From an uncultured Bacteroidota bacterium (GTDB lineage Bacteria; Bacteroidota; Bacteroidia; JABEUT01), in contig CAIPDV010000049.1 in assembly GCA_903863935.1 (NCBI GenBank), forward strand, positions 1,893-65,892: 64,000 nucleotides of DNA. Direction: 5' to 3'. Shown here piece after piece: positions 17,808 to 26,735 of the stretch; positions within the stretch are counted from its first letter, which is position 1; each line of letters starts with the position of its first letter. Under the pieces are notes generated by a model. That model did not search any database and was not told the DNA's origin. It saw only the letters and a program-made list of their open reading frames with translations. The position numbers and the translations under genes are program-made.

Positions 17808-17851
17808 TTTTTGCCTCCGCCTGTGGCGGATGCTCCATGTATAATTTTTGG
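17808..17851 (+). repeat. 42-bp direct repeat, copy 2
   Basis: tttttgcctccgcctgtggcggatgctccatgtataatttttgg. Three mismatches and a 2-nt indel relative to copy 1. Confidence 0.8.
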
Positions 17852-18183
17852 TGTCCTTAAATGTTCTCTTTGCGAACCTTAGCGGGCTGTTTCTTTGCGT
17901 ACTTTGCGGTTTCTGCATTTCTCCGTGCACCTCTGTTCCCTCGGTGTTGAAACGTTTCCATAACTGAAATAGCACTGTTAATAAATAATTGCGTGTCGGG
18001 CACCGACCTTTTTCAGAAACGAACATTTCATGAATTATCTTTGCAATGTGAAAGATAAAATGATAATAAATAGAAGCACATTTTTCAGGACATTATTTTC
18101 GTTTTCCTTCCTCTTAAATTTTTTAGTTAACAATGGAATATTTTGTAACGTTTTGATAGTCAGAGATAAAACAATTAAGCCCC

Positions 18184-18283
18184 ATTGTTATTCCACTGTT
18201 ATTTCATTGATAATTTACTGTTATTTTATTGTTATTTTATTGTTTTCCCCTTGATAATTCATTGTTATTTTCCTTGTTATTTT
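18184..18283. repeat. phased TGTTATTT array (iteron-like)
   Basis: (a/c)(t/c)TGTTATT occurs at 18184, 18195, 18217, 18228, 18260 and 18273, with a degenerate copy at 18238. Spacings are about 11 or 22 bp. Confidence 0.6.
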
Positions 18284-18344
18284 CGGGACATTTTTCGACA
18301 ATTCTAAGGCTCAACCACCAATTTATTTTGCATAATTTCCCACC

Positions 18345-19112
18345 TTAATACCTCCTCGAAGTTTTAAAACTTTTGCGGTTTGTAGATTTACTTATAAGCT
18401 CTTTAGTCCAGGGGTCAAATAGCCACACATAATTTTCGTACTCCACATCATACCCTTTCTGAAATCTTCTTCTATCTCCTTTCTTAAATTCCGGGTTATA
18501 CGTTACTTCAAAATAAAAATTTCCGCTGTCAATTACCGAAGTTGTATCCTCTTTTGGATACCATGCAAGTTTACAGGAAACCCTATCGGTATCTTTCGTA
18601 TGCAGCCCATTAGAATTCGCTAATTGAACGGCTTCTTCGGTGGTCAACTTAAAATCAGAATCGGTGGTGTCGATTTTTTCAAACCCCTGGTTAACTATTT
18701 TTTCCCCCTTGTCATTCCACAAATGAAAGGGAAGCAAGTTTCCATCTTTATCAATTAAAATACATATACCGTTTTTCAAAATTCCTGCATCATAAAGTAT
18801 GTCGTAACAGATACTAAATTCACTTCTTTTTACAACGGTATTGGTATCATCTGGGGGCCATGGATAAGGTAATGCATCATCCTCTTCAAAGGTGGAAAAG
18901 TAATAGGAGTTCTTAAAAGACCACCTGGTATGGCTATTGAAAAATTTCTCTCCGTAAATTGATTTAACAATGGAATCACTTTTTGCACGGATCTTATACA
19001 ACTGCGACTTTTTAGGGTAGCTATCCGTATCAATACTATTGGCAATAGTATCTTGTGCTACTGCACTTATTTGCAGAAGAACACAAAGAAAAGCTATAAA
19101 TCCATTTTTCAT
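18345..19112 (-). CDS. secreted hypothetical protein (shorter paralogue of 16086-17111)
   Basis: Signal peptide MKNGFIAFLCVLLQISAVAQ. Shares DGNLLPFHLWNDKGEKIVNQGFEKIDTTDSDFKLTTEEAVQLA with the paralogue. Confidence 0.65.
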   Translation of the reverse strand: MKNGFIAFLCVLLQISAVAQDTIANSIDTDSYPKKSQLYKIRAKSDSIVKSIYGEKFFNSHTRWSFKNSYYFSTFEEDDALPYPWPPDDTNTVVKRSEFSICYDILYDAGILKNGICILIDKDGNLLPFHLWNDKGEKIVNQGFEKIDTTDSDFKLTTEEAVQLANSNGLHTKDTDRVSCKLAWYPKEDTTSVIDSGNFYFEVTYNPEFKKGDRRRFQKGYDVEYENYVWLFDPWTKELISKSTNRKSFKTSRRY

Positions 19113-19268
19113 TTAAGTTTATTGTGCGAAATAAAAATAGCAATATTATTTTATATCGTCCTTATCTATTGGTATAATGCCTTGAGTTTAAAAAGATACA
19201 AATGGATTAAGTTTTTGAAATTTCTCTGTGTACCTCAGTTTCATTTGTGTCCCCTGTGTTGAGAAATC

Positions 19269-20840
19269 CTACCTGTTCAATCTTAATACATGCATTCTGT
19301 TATCTGCAGACGAATAGATTTTGGTATAAGTGTGTGTTAAATACTTCAAGTCGCTTATGCCATTTTTCAGAGCCAGGTAATAATCTCCATAGACAAACAG
19401 GTAATCAACATAACTAATAATTCGACCGGTCTTTTTATCTGCCCACACATAGCAATTATCGGGAGATTTATAGACCGCCCAATCGGGGTTATCCTCCATG
19501 TTTCGCTTCACTGCAAACCAGCCATAGTCGGGCTCGTAGCGTTCTAATATAACCAATGGTTTATCTACCCCTAGTATGTTGCTGAGGCTTGGTTCGAGCG
19601 GGTTTTGGTTAAACCTGAAGATATAAACTACACTATTGGGTTCCACATATTTTCCCGCTTTTTGTACATCTACAGCATCGTTATCTAAATTAGTTAAGAT
19701 AGGGTAGTGTGTGTTGAAGAACATAATAATGCCAACAGTTAAAAATGCCCCGGAGAGCATTAATGCTATAGTATTGGGTATTTTTTGCAAGGCAATCCAT
19801 AGAACAAGAAAGACAATAAAATAGTAGAGCAGGCGGTCCGAGATCATTCCTACACTGGCTCCCTGTGGTACTATAAGGTAGGCGATAAATGTAAAAACGA
19901 AAAGCAATAAAAAAATGTCGGTCAGCATAAATGTCAATCTAGCTTGACTTTTAATTCTGAAATAAACCGCCAGGGCAAATGCAATTATCAGTCCGAAGAA
20001 AAGCAGGTGTGTGTAGAAAGTTTCATTTGCACCGGTTAGTGTAATGCATTTTAAATCATAAACCCAGGAGAACAGATCCCCGAAGGGAAGCGAGTTTGAG
20101 TTTGCATGATGCAAACTTGTTATAGAAGCATTAAAAATAAATAACATGATTAAACCAGGCACCCAAAGCATGCCAAAGAAAAGAACTCTTTTCAAGCTTT
20201 GTAGTTTGTTCAAGCTTTGTATTTTATATTGCCTGAATACCCAATAGACTTCTATCCCTGAGCATAGTAGCATTAAAAACAAAAATGAGATTCCATTCGT
20301 AAAATAGTTTAGCAAGATCAACAGGAAGAAGAGAAAATAGTTGAAAGGGGAATAAAGTTTTTCCGGTGATGAAAAGTTTTTGAAGTAATAATAAATAGCA
20401 ACAAACAAGAATGTGAACGACAGACAGAAATTGTAGGCACCCATATAAAGCAAGGTGCAATGTGTAAAGGGAATTATTAATGTGGTTGCGGCAATACCAT
20501 CTGGGTTGTATCTTTTAATAATGGCTCGGAATGCCAGCGGAAAGCCTGCTACAAAAATAATGAGCAGTATTTTCTCAGAAATTGCTGAGCGGAAAAATAC
20601 ATCGAATAAGGCCAATAAATAATGGTCGGTAAGATTGGGAACAGGCAAATGATTAAGTACAAAATAACCGCTCAAAAAGTTGTCTCCCGAAATAAGATCC
20701 TTCAGAATCCTTGAATAGTAAAGATGCGAAGGCCCATCAACACCGCCAAAATAAGTAAAATGGCAAACTATCCAGATGTTGAGGACTACAGCGGCATAGA
20801 AGAGGGTTAGCTCGGTATATTTTAAAAGCCTTTTATTCAA
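19269..20840 (-). CDS. polytopic membrane protein with a C-terminal soluble domain (GT-C-like architecture; function unknown)
   Basis: 523 aa, about 12-13 hydrophobic segments, then a ~130-aa hydrophilic C-terminus. AT-rich gene. Confidence 0.6.
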   Translation of the reverse strand: MNKRLLKYTELTLFYAAVVLNIWIVCHFTYFGGVDGPSHLYYSRILKDLISGDNFLSGYFVLNHLPVPNLTDHYLLALFDVFFRSAISEKILLIIFVAGFPLAFRAIIKRYNPDGIAATTLIIPFTHCTLLYMGAYNFCLSFTFLFVAIYYYFKNFSSPEKLYSPFNYFLFFLLILLNYFTNGISFLFLMLLCSGIEVYWVFRQYKIQSLNKLQSLKRVLFFGMLWVPGLIMLFIFNASITSLHHANSNSLPFGDLFSWVYDLKCITLTGANETFYTHLLFFGLIIAFALAVYFRIKSQARLTFMLTDIFLLLFVFTFIAYLIVPQGASVGMISDRLLYYFIVFLVLWIALQKIPNTIALMLSGAFLTVGIIMFFNTHYPILTNLDNDAVDVQKAGKYVEPNSVVYIFRFNQNPLEPSLSNILGVDKPLVILERYEPDYGWFAVKRNMEDNPDWAVYKSPDNCYVWADKKTGRIISYVDYLFVYGDYYLALKNGISDLKYLTHTYTKIYSSADNRMHVLRLNR

Positions 20841-20909
20841 TAGAATGTATTGAACAAAAATAGGAATTAATAGCTAATAATAGTGTTTTTTTAACTGGCA
20901 AAGGAGGCC

Positions 20910-21548
20910 TCAATTATGGTAAGGCCCTTCAAAGTCCATAACACAATCCCAGGTAAACCCTTTGTGCGGTTTTATGGAAACACCAACTGTATTGAAACTT
21001 GCCGCCAATATATTTTTGCGATGTCCAAGGTCTTCCACCCCTTCATCAATCAACAGATCTAACACTATGGCTAAAGGGTCGGAATGTCCATAATCGCAGT
21101 TTTCGCCAACGGTTACATTATTCTTTTTCAGGAAAGAGTTAAACCGTTTATTAAAATTACCATGCCCTGTTGCCCCCGACTTTCCGGTTTCTGTTGCCCA
21201 TTTCTCGGCACTTTTATAAAGATCGGCATCGGGTTGCAGGGGATGTTTTGGCTTACTTCCTTTTAAATCCTTCATTAAACTTACTACATATGGATTGGTT
21301 TCCTTGTCCGGATTTTCGGTTATATACTGTTTCAATATTGTTTTGCTAAACAATCGGGGCTGCATCCTGCAAAGGTTTATATAAAAAATAACTTTCTTTT
21401 CATCGGCAGTCATGTACTTTACGGTAGATGCCGAGTTGGCTAATTTAATAATGGTGGTATCCCAGCCCTTCAAATTACTATCTGCTGGGAAAGCGGCAAA
21501 GGCTCGGATTGATAAAAGTGCTAACAAAAAGACGAACCAACTTCTCAT
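20910..21548 (-). CDS. CAP/SCP (PR-1-like) domain secreted protein
   Basis: Signal peptide. C-terminal GHRKNILAASFNTVGVS motif. Confidence 0.65.
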   Translation of the reverse strand: MRSWFVFLLALLSIRAFAAFPADSNLKGWDTTIIKLANSASTVKYMTADEKKVIFYINLCRMQPRLFSKTILKQYITENPDKETNPYVVSLMKDLKGSKPKHPLQPDADLYKSAEKWATETGKSGATGHGNFNKRFNSFLKKNNVTVGENCDYGHSDPLAIVLDLLIDEGVEDLGHRKNILAASFNTVGVSIKPHKGFTWDCVMDFEGPYHN

Positions 21549-21651
21549 TTTAGCAAATTAAAAAATGAGTGAATTTTATTCAATCAGGGAAATAAAATTA
21601 AATCTTAAGAATAAATAAAAAGAAAAACTTGTTGCACTAAATAGCCCGGGC

Positions 21652-22287
21652 TTAAAATAAGCCTCCGAAAAGCTCTCTGTCTATTATGTTGATGATCTTA
21701 CCAAGGTCGTCGGCATTTTCTGAGAAGTTGTTCTCATCGACATCTATTACCAGTATTTTGGTTTTTTTCTGACTTTCAAAGTCATCGATCCATGCTTCAT
21801 AACGCTCATTAAGCCTTTTCAGGTAGTCAAGACGAATAGATTCTTCATACGGCCTGCCACGTTTCTGAATTTGGTTAACTAAGGCAGGTACCGTGGCACG
21901 CAGGTATATCAGTAAATCAGGAGGCTGAACCAACTCAAGCACAACATTAAATAAAGCCAGGTAGTTTTCATAATCGCGGGTGGTCATAAGCCCCATCGAA
22001 TGCAGGTTAGGCGCAAAAATGTACCCGTCTTCGTATATGGTACGGTCCTGTATAACGGTCTTATTGTTCTTTCTTATCTGTTGAATCTGGGCTAAACGGG
22101 CATGCAGGAAAGATACCTGCAAGTTGAACGACCAGCGTTGCATATCTTCGTAAAAATCATTCAGATAGGGGTTTTCATCGGCATCTTCAAAATGGGGTTT
22201 CCATTTATAGTGCTTCGCCAAAAGGCGTGTCAATGTGGTCTTCCCCGACCCTATATTACCTGCTACTGCTATGTGCATACTCTGCAT
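21652..22287 (-). CDS. deoxynucleoside kinase
   Basis: IAVAGNIGSGKTTLTRLL, NPYLNDFYEDMQRWSFNLQVSFL, DRTIYED. Confidence 0.85.
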   Translation of the reverse strand: MQSMHIAVAGNIGSGKTTLTRLLAKHYKWKPHFEDADENPYLNDFYEDMQRWSFNLQVSFLHARLAQIQQIRKNNKTVIQDRTIYEDGYIFAPNLHSMGLMTTRDYENYLALFNVVLELVQPPDLLIYLRATVPALVNQIQKRGRPYEESIRLDYLKRLNERYEAWIDDFESQKKTKILVIDVDENNFSENADDLGKIINIIDRELFGGLF

Positions 22288-22468
22288 ATCGTGTCTTAAA
22301 AATTATTGCACTAAAATACATTCCTTTGGGGAATAAATATACAAAAAGCTTAAAAATAATATGAATAGTTATTAGTCGTTGGTTGGCAGTTGTTAAAAGA
22401 AAGGGGATGGAAATAGATACTTTAATTTGTAATATCTCATCTCTTATATCTCATATCTTATTTTTTTC

Positions 22469-22476
22469 TATCTTTG
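22469..22476 (+). promoter_or_regulatory. candidate -7 box TATCTTTG for rpmE
   Basis: Matches TAnnTTTG, 22 nt upstream of the ATG. Confidence 0.3.
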
Positions 22477-22498
22477 CAGCCCAATTTTAAAATTAGTC

Positions 22499-22747
22499 AT
22501 GAAAAAAGGCATACATCCGGAGAACTATAGATTAGTAGTTTTCAAAGACGTTTCTAACGATTACGCATTCTTAGGCAAGTCAACCGCTGAAACCAAAGAT
22601 ACCATTGTTTGGGAAGACGGTAACGAATACCCATTGGTAAAGCTTGAAATTTCAAATATGTCGCACCCGTTCTATACCGGTAAGATCAAGATGGTTGACA
22701 CCGCCGGACGTATTGATAAGTTCAATACCCGATATAAGAAGAAATAA
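22499..22747 (+). CDS. rpmE: 50S ribosomal protein L31, type B
   Basis: [10 protein letters not shown]...SHPFYTGK...[11 protein letters not shown]. No CxxC zinc motif. Confidence 0.9.
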   Translation: MKKGIHPENYRLVVFKDVSNDYAFLGKSTAETKDTIVWEDGNEYPLVKLEISNMSHPFYTGKIKMVDTAGRIDKFNTRYKKK

Positions 22748-22863
22748 TTGCAGGGAATGGTTTTAAACCGTTCTTAATAAATAATGAAAAGTCCTCTCGA
22801 GTTTCGGGGGGATTTTTTGTTTCATAAACTCAATTCTTATTAACTTGCTGCCGTTTTTAGGTC

Positions 22864-22891
22864 ATAACTTATAACTTATAACTCATAACTA
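22864..22891 (+). repeat. heptanucleotide microsatellite (ATAACTY)x4
   Basis: ataactt ataactt ataactc ataacta. It ends 4 nt before the sucC ATG. Confidence 0.85.
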
Positions 22892-22895
22892 ATAC

Positions 22896-24095
22896 ATGAA
22901 TCTTCACGAATATCAGGGCAAAACAATATTAAAACAATTTGGAGTTCCAATACAGGAAGGCATTGTAGCCACCTCTGTTGAAGAAGCTTTGGAAGCCGCT
23001 AAGGAATTAAAGCAACAGACCGGTACTCAGGTTTGGGTGGTAAAAGCTCAGGTACATGCCGGAGGTAGAGGTAAAGCAGGGGGCGTGAAGGTTGCAACAT
23101 CAATGGATGCAGTTAAGGAAAAGGCTACATCCATTTTAGGTATGAACCTTATTTCCCGTCAGACAGGCCCGCAGGGAAAGATTGTACATAAGATATTGAT
23201 AGCTCAGGATGTATACTATCCGGGTCCGACTCCAACCAAAGAGTTTTATATGAGTGTTATGCTTAACCGTGCCGCAGGCCGCGATATGATTGTCTATTCC
23301 CAAGCCGGTGGAATGGAAATTGAAGAAGTAGCCGCCAATACCCCTGAACTTATATTTAAAGAAGAAATTGATCCGAAAGTGGGATTGCAAGCTTTTCAGG
23401 CCCGTAAGATTGCCTTTAACTTTGGCTTATCCGGCGATGCTTTTAAAGCCATGGTTAAGTTCGTTACCGGAGTTTATAAAGCATATCAGGGCGCAGATGC
23501 TTCCATGATTGAAATTAACCCTGTTTTAAAGACAACCGATGATAAGATTATTGCTGTAGACTGTAAAATGGTGCTTGATGGCAACGCTCTTTATCGTCAC
23601 CCGGACTATGTTGAAATGCGCGATGTTGCCGAGGAAGATCCTACCGAAGTAGAAGCCGGAAGCTATAAACTGAACTTTGTGAAATTGGATGGTAACGTAG
23701 GCTGTATGGTTAATGGAGCGGGACTGGCTATGGCCACTATGGATATTATTAAACTGGCTGGAGGTAACCCTGCTAACTTTCTCGATGTTGGTGGAACAGC
23801 CAATGCAGAGCGTGTAGAGAAAGCTTTCCGTATCATTCTCAGGGAAGAAGGTGTAAAAGCTATTCTTGTAAATATTTTTGGAGGAATTGTTCGTTGCGAC
23901 AGGGTTGCACAAGGTATTGTGGATGCATACAAAAACATAGGCGAAATAAAAGTGCCTATTATCGTGCGGTTGCAAGGTACAAATGCAATTGAAGCCAAAA
24001 AAATTATTGATGATTCCGGCCTGAAAGTATCTTCAGCCATATTGCTGCAAGAAGCTGCAGACTTGGTTACAGAGGTTTTGAAAAATCAAAATTGA
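22896..24095 (+). CDS. sucC: succinyl-CoA synthetase beta subunit
   Basis: MNLHEYQGKTILKQFGVP..., ATP-grasp fold, 399 aa. Confidence 0.92.
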   Translation: MNLHEYQGKTILKQFGVPIQEGIVATSVEEALEAAKELKQQTGTQVWVVKAQVHAGGRGKAGGVKVATSMDAVKEKATSILGMNLISRQTGPQGKIVHKILIAQDVYYPGPTPTKEFYMSVMLNRAAGRDMIVYSQAGGMEIEEVAANTPELIFKEEIDPKVGLQAFQARKIAFNFGLSGDAFKAMVKFVTGVYKAYQGADASMIEINPVLKTTDDKIIAVDCKMVLDGNALYRHPDYVEMRDVAEEDPTEVEAGSYKLNFVKLDGNVGCMVNGAGLAMATMDIIKLAGGNPANFLDVGGTANAERVEKAFRIILREEGVKAILVNIFGGIVRCDRVAQGIVDAYKNIGEIKVPIIVRLQGTNAIEAKKIIDDSGLKVSSAILLQEAADLVTEVLKNQN

Positions 24096-24107
24096 TTTTA
24101 CTTTTAA

Positions 24108-24263
24108 ATGAATAAAGCATGGCATGACAAGCATATAATGCCTAAAAATGCAACTTTAAAAGAAAGAATAGGTTGGCATTTGGAACACGCAAAGCATTGT
24201 GCATGCAGGCCGATTCCTGAGAAACTGTTACAGAAAATAAATGCTGCAAAGCATTCAAAATAA
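24108..24263 (+). CDS. small conserved-looking protein, 51 aa (not in the ORF track)
   Basis: My own translation: MNKAWHDKHIMPKNATLKERIGWHLEHAKHCACRPIPEKLLQKINAAKHSK. It fills the sucC-accC gap (12 nt after the sucC stop, 3 nt before the accC ATG). Confidence 0.5.
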   Translation: MNKAWHDKHIMPKNATLKERIGWHLEHAKHCACRPIPEKLLQKINAAKHSK

Positions 24264-24266
24264 GAT

Positions 24267-25766
24267 TTGATGAAAAAAATTCTTGTTGCAAACCGCGGAG
24301 AGATAGCCCTTAGGGTTATGCGAACCTGTCGCGATATGGGAATTAAAACAGTTGCTGTTTTTTCCGAGGCTGACCGCAAAGCTCCGTTTGTAAATTATGC
24401 TGATGAAGCAGTTTGCATCGGTCCACCGGAATCGGCTAAGTCATATTTAAATGCTGACAAGATTATTGAGGTTGCTAAGCAACTTGGGGTAGAGGGTATT
24501 CATCCCGGTTATGGTTTCCTATCGGAAAATGCGGCATTCTCTGATAAAGTTAAAAATGCAGGACTTATATTTATTGGCCCTTCGGCAGAAGCTATGCGAA
24601 TGATGGGCGATAAGCTCTCCGCAAAGCATGCCGCCAAACAACATAACATACCTATGGTTCCGGGTAGCGATGGTGCTATTACGGATATTAAAGAAGCGAT
24701 TGAAGTTGCCAAGAAAGTTGGTTTTCCAATCCTGATTAAAGCCAGTGCGGGTGGTGGTGGTAAGGGAATGCGTGTAGTTGAAAGTGTTGAATTATTAGAA
24801 GAACAAATAAAACTTGCATCTAGCGAAGCTAAATCGGCTTTTGGTGATGGAGCGGTTTTTATTGAAAGATATGTAAAAAGCCCCCGCCATATTGAGATTC
24901 AGGTGATGGGAGACAATCACGGGAATGCAGTTTATCTTTTTGAAAGAGAATGTTCCGTTCAGCGTCGCCACCAGAAAGTAGTGGAAGAAGCACCTTCATC
25001 AGTTCTCACTCCCGAGATAAGAAAAGCCATGGGTGAATGTGCTGTGCGTATTGCTAAAGCCTGCAATTATTCAGGTGCTGGTACGGTAGAGTTTTTGTTG
25101 GATGACAAACTCGACTTCTACTTTCTCGAAATGAATACCCGCTTACAGGTAGAGCATCCGGTTACGGAAATGATAACCGGAATTGACCTTGTTAAAGAAC
25201 AGATAAACGTTGCCAGAGGCAATAAAATAAGCTTTAAACAAGAAGAGATTAAGTTAATAGGACATTCTATTGAAGTGCGTGTATATGCTGAAGACCCTGC
25301 AAATAACTTCCTTCCGGATATTGGCAGGCTGAATATTTACAACCCTCCAAAAGGGCCCGGTGTGCGTGTCGATGATGGTTTTGAAGAAGGTATGGATATT
25401 CCAATCTATTACGATTCCATGATAAGTAAACTTATTACCTACGGAAAGGATAGGGAAGAGGCTATCCAGCGGATGATTCGGGCAATAGATGAATATCAAA
25501 TTTCAGGTGTTGAAACCACGTTACCATTCTGCAAATTTGTAATGCAACATAAAGCCTTTACTTCGGGCAAGTTCGATACTCATTTCGTAGCCCAATACTT
25601 TAAACCGGAAATGCTGAATGCTACACCGGATGATGAAGAGGCCAATATGTTGGCCGCACTTGCAGCCAATATTTTTGTTTCTAGAAGCGATAAAAAACAG
25701 GTTGCAATAGCGCATGTTATAGAAAATAAAGGCATTTCAAACTGGAGAAGAAACAGGCTTGGATAA
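24267..25766 (+). CDS. accC: biotin carboxylase subunit of an acyl-CoA carboxylase
   Basis: KILVANRGEIALRVMRTCRDMGI, GGGGKGMRVV, EMNTRLQVEHPVTE. Confidence 0.9.
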   Translation: MMKKILVANRGEIALRVMRTCRDMGIKTVAVFSEADRKAPFVNYADEAVCIGPPESAKSYLNADKIIEVAKQLGVEGIHPGYGFLSENAAFSDKVKNAGLIFIGPSAEAMRMMGDKLSAKHAAKQHNIPMVPGSDGAITDIKEAIEVAKKVGFPILIKASAGGGGKGMRVVESVELLEEQIKLASSEAKSAFGDGAVFIERYVKSPRHIEIQVMGDNHGNAVYLFERECSVQRRHQKVVEEAPSSVLTPEIRKAMGECAVRIAKACNYSGAGTVEFLLDDKLDFYFLEMNTRLQVEHPVTEMITGIDLVKEQINVARGNKISFKQEEIKLIGHSIEVRVYAEDPANNFLPDIGRLNIYNPPKGPGVRVDDGFEEGMDIPIYYDSMISKLITYGKDREEAIQRMIRAIDEYQISGVETTLPFCKFVMQHKAFTSGKFDTHFVAQYFKPEMLNATPDDEEANMLAALAANIFVSRSDKKQVAIAHVIENKGISNWRRNRLG

Positions 25767-25833
25767 TATTTTTTTAAATCTGCCGTTTTAAACTTATTCA
25801 ACTTAAACTAGTCAAACCATAAAATTAACAACC

Positions 25834-26196
25834 ATGAAAAAACTTATTTTAACTTTCGGATTAGTATTAGCAACTTTATTCTGTGTTAATGCCCAGGAAA
25901 AAGGAGACAAGGCAACAACCAAAATGGTGAACCACTTAACCCAGGTTTGTGGACTTTCACAAGATCAGGTTGCGAAGGTTCAACCTATTGTTGCAGACTT
26001 TGTAAAAACGCGAATGGCAAACAAACAACAGTATGCAAGCGATCCGGCAGGATTGAAAGCTGCTAATAAGACCGCACGTGAGAATTATAAAACTCAGCTG
26101 AAAACCGTATTGACTGCTGACCAGGTTGAAAAACTGAAAGCTGATATGGCTAATAAAAGAGCAAATAAAGGCGGACAGGGAGAGGAGCAGGAGTAA
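25834..26196 (+). CDS. small secreted hypothetical protein
   Basis: Signal peptide. Paralogous to the next gene (HLTQVCGLSQDQVAKVQPIV vs HITLVCGLSPSQAEDVKPVV). Confidence 0.6.
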   Translation: MKKLILTFGLVLATLFCVNAQEKGDKATTKMVNHLTQVCGLSQDQVAKVQPIVADFVKTRMANKQQYASDPAGLKAANKTARENYKTQLKTVLTADQVEKLKADMANKRANKGGQGEEQE

Positions 26197-26219
26197 AAGC
26201 ATAACGTAATGTATTTAAA

Positions 26220-26249
26220 GCCTTGACATAAAAATGTCAGGGCTTTTTT
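26220..26249 (+). terminator. intrinsic terminator
   Basis: gccttgacat-aaaa-atgtcagggc followed by tttttt. Confidence 0.6.
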
Positions 26250-26276
26250 ATTAAGGAAGTATAAAAAGATTTAGTA

Positions 26277-26732
26277 ATGAAAAGGATAGTCTTGGTAGTG
26301 GTATTGCTTACATCAATGCTTACAGTAAAAGCCCAGACTGTAAGTTCCGCAGAAGTTAAAAAAACAGTAGCTCATATAACACTGGTTTGTGGGCTTTCAC
26401 CATCACAGGCAGAAGATGTGAAGCCAGTTGTTGAGCAGTACTTAAAAGCCCGAAAAGAAAACAAACAACGATGCGGAAGTGATACGAAAGAATTGAATAG
26501 ATTGAATAAAGAAGCCCATGAAAATTATTTAATTTATTTAGGGCAAATCCTAAACACTAGTCAGCTGGATAAAATTAAACCTAAAAGATCATATCACAAG
26601 ACTACTAGAACAAATACAACCCATCACGTGATTCATAACGGGCAATTAACGCACAAAAGTTTATCTGAGGAATCCAAGAAACACAAAAAGGAAAACGAAG
26701 ATAACAAGTTGCGGAAGAAGAAAAAAGAGTAA
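26277..26732 (+). CDS. small secreted hypothetical protein with a Lys-rich tail
   Basis: Signal peptide; paralogue of 25834-26196. Confidence 0.6.
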   Translation: MKRIVLVVVLLTSMLTVKAQTVSSAEVKKTVAHITLVCGLSPSQAEDVKPVVEQYLKARKENKQRCGSDTKELNRLNKEAHENYLIYLGQILNTSQLDKIKPKRSYHKTTRTNTTHHVIHNGQLTHKSLSEESKKHKKENEDNKLRKKKKE

Positions 26733-26735
26733 GTT

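Noticed and set aside
17787-18254. ORFs 17787-18026 (-) and 18030-18254 (+)
   Set aside because: The first is built from repeat elements (42-mer and CTCCGTG family). The second is the T-rich phased-repeat array read as Phe/Leu/Ile codons.
23526-24379. Antisense ORFs within sucC, and 24104-24379 (-)
   Set aside because: sucC is unambiguous. The 24104-24379 ORF overlaps the accC start and the better-supported 51-codon + strand ORF.
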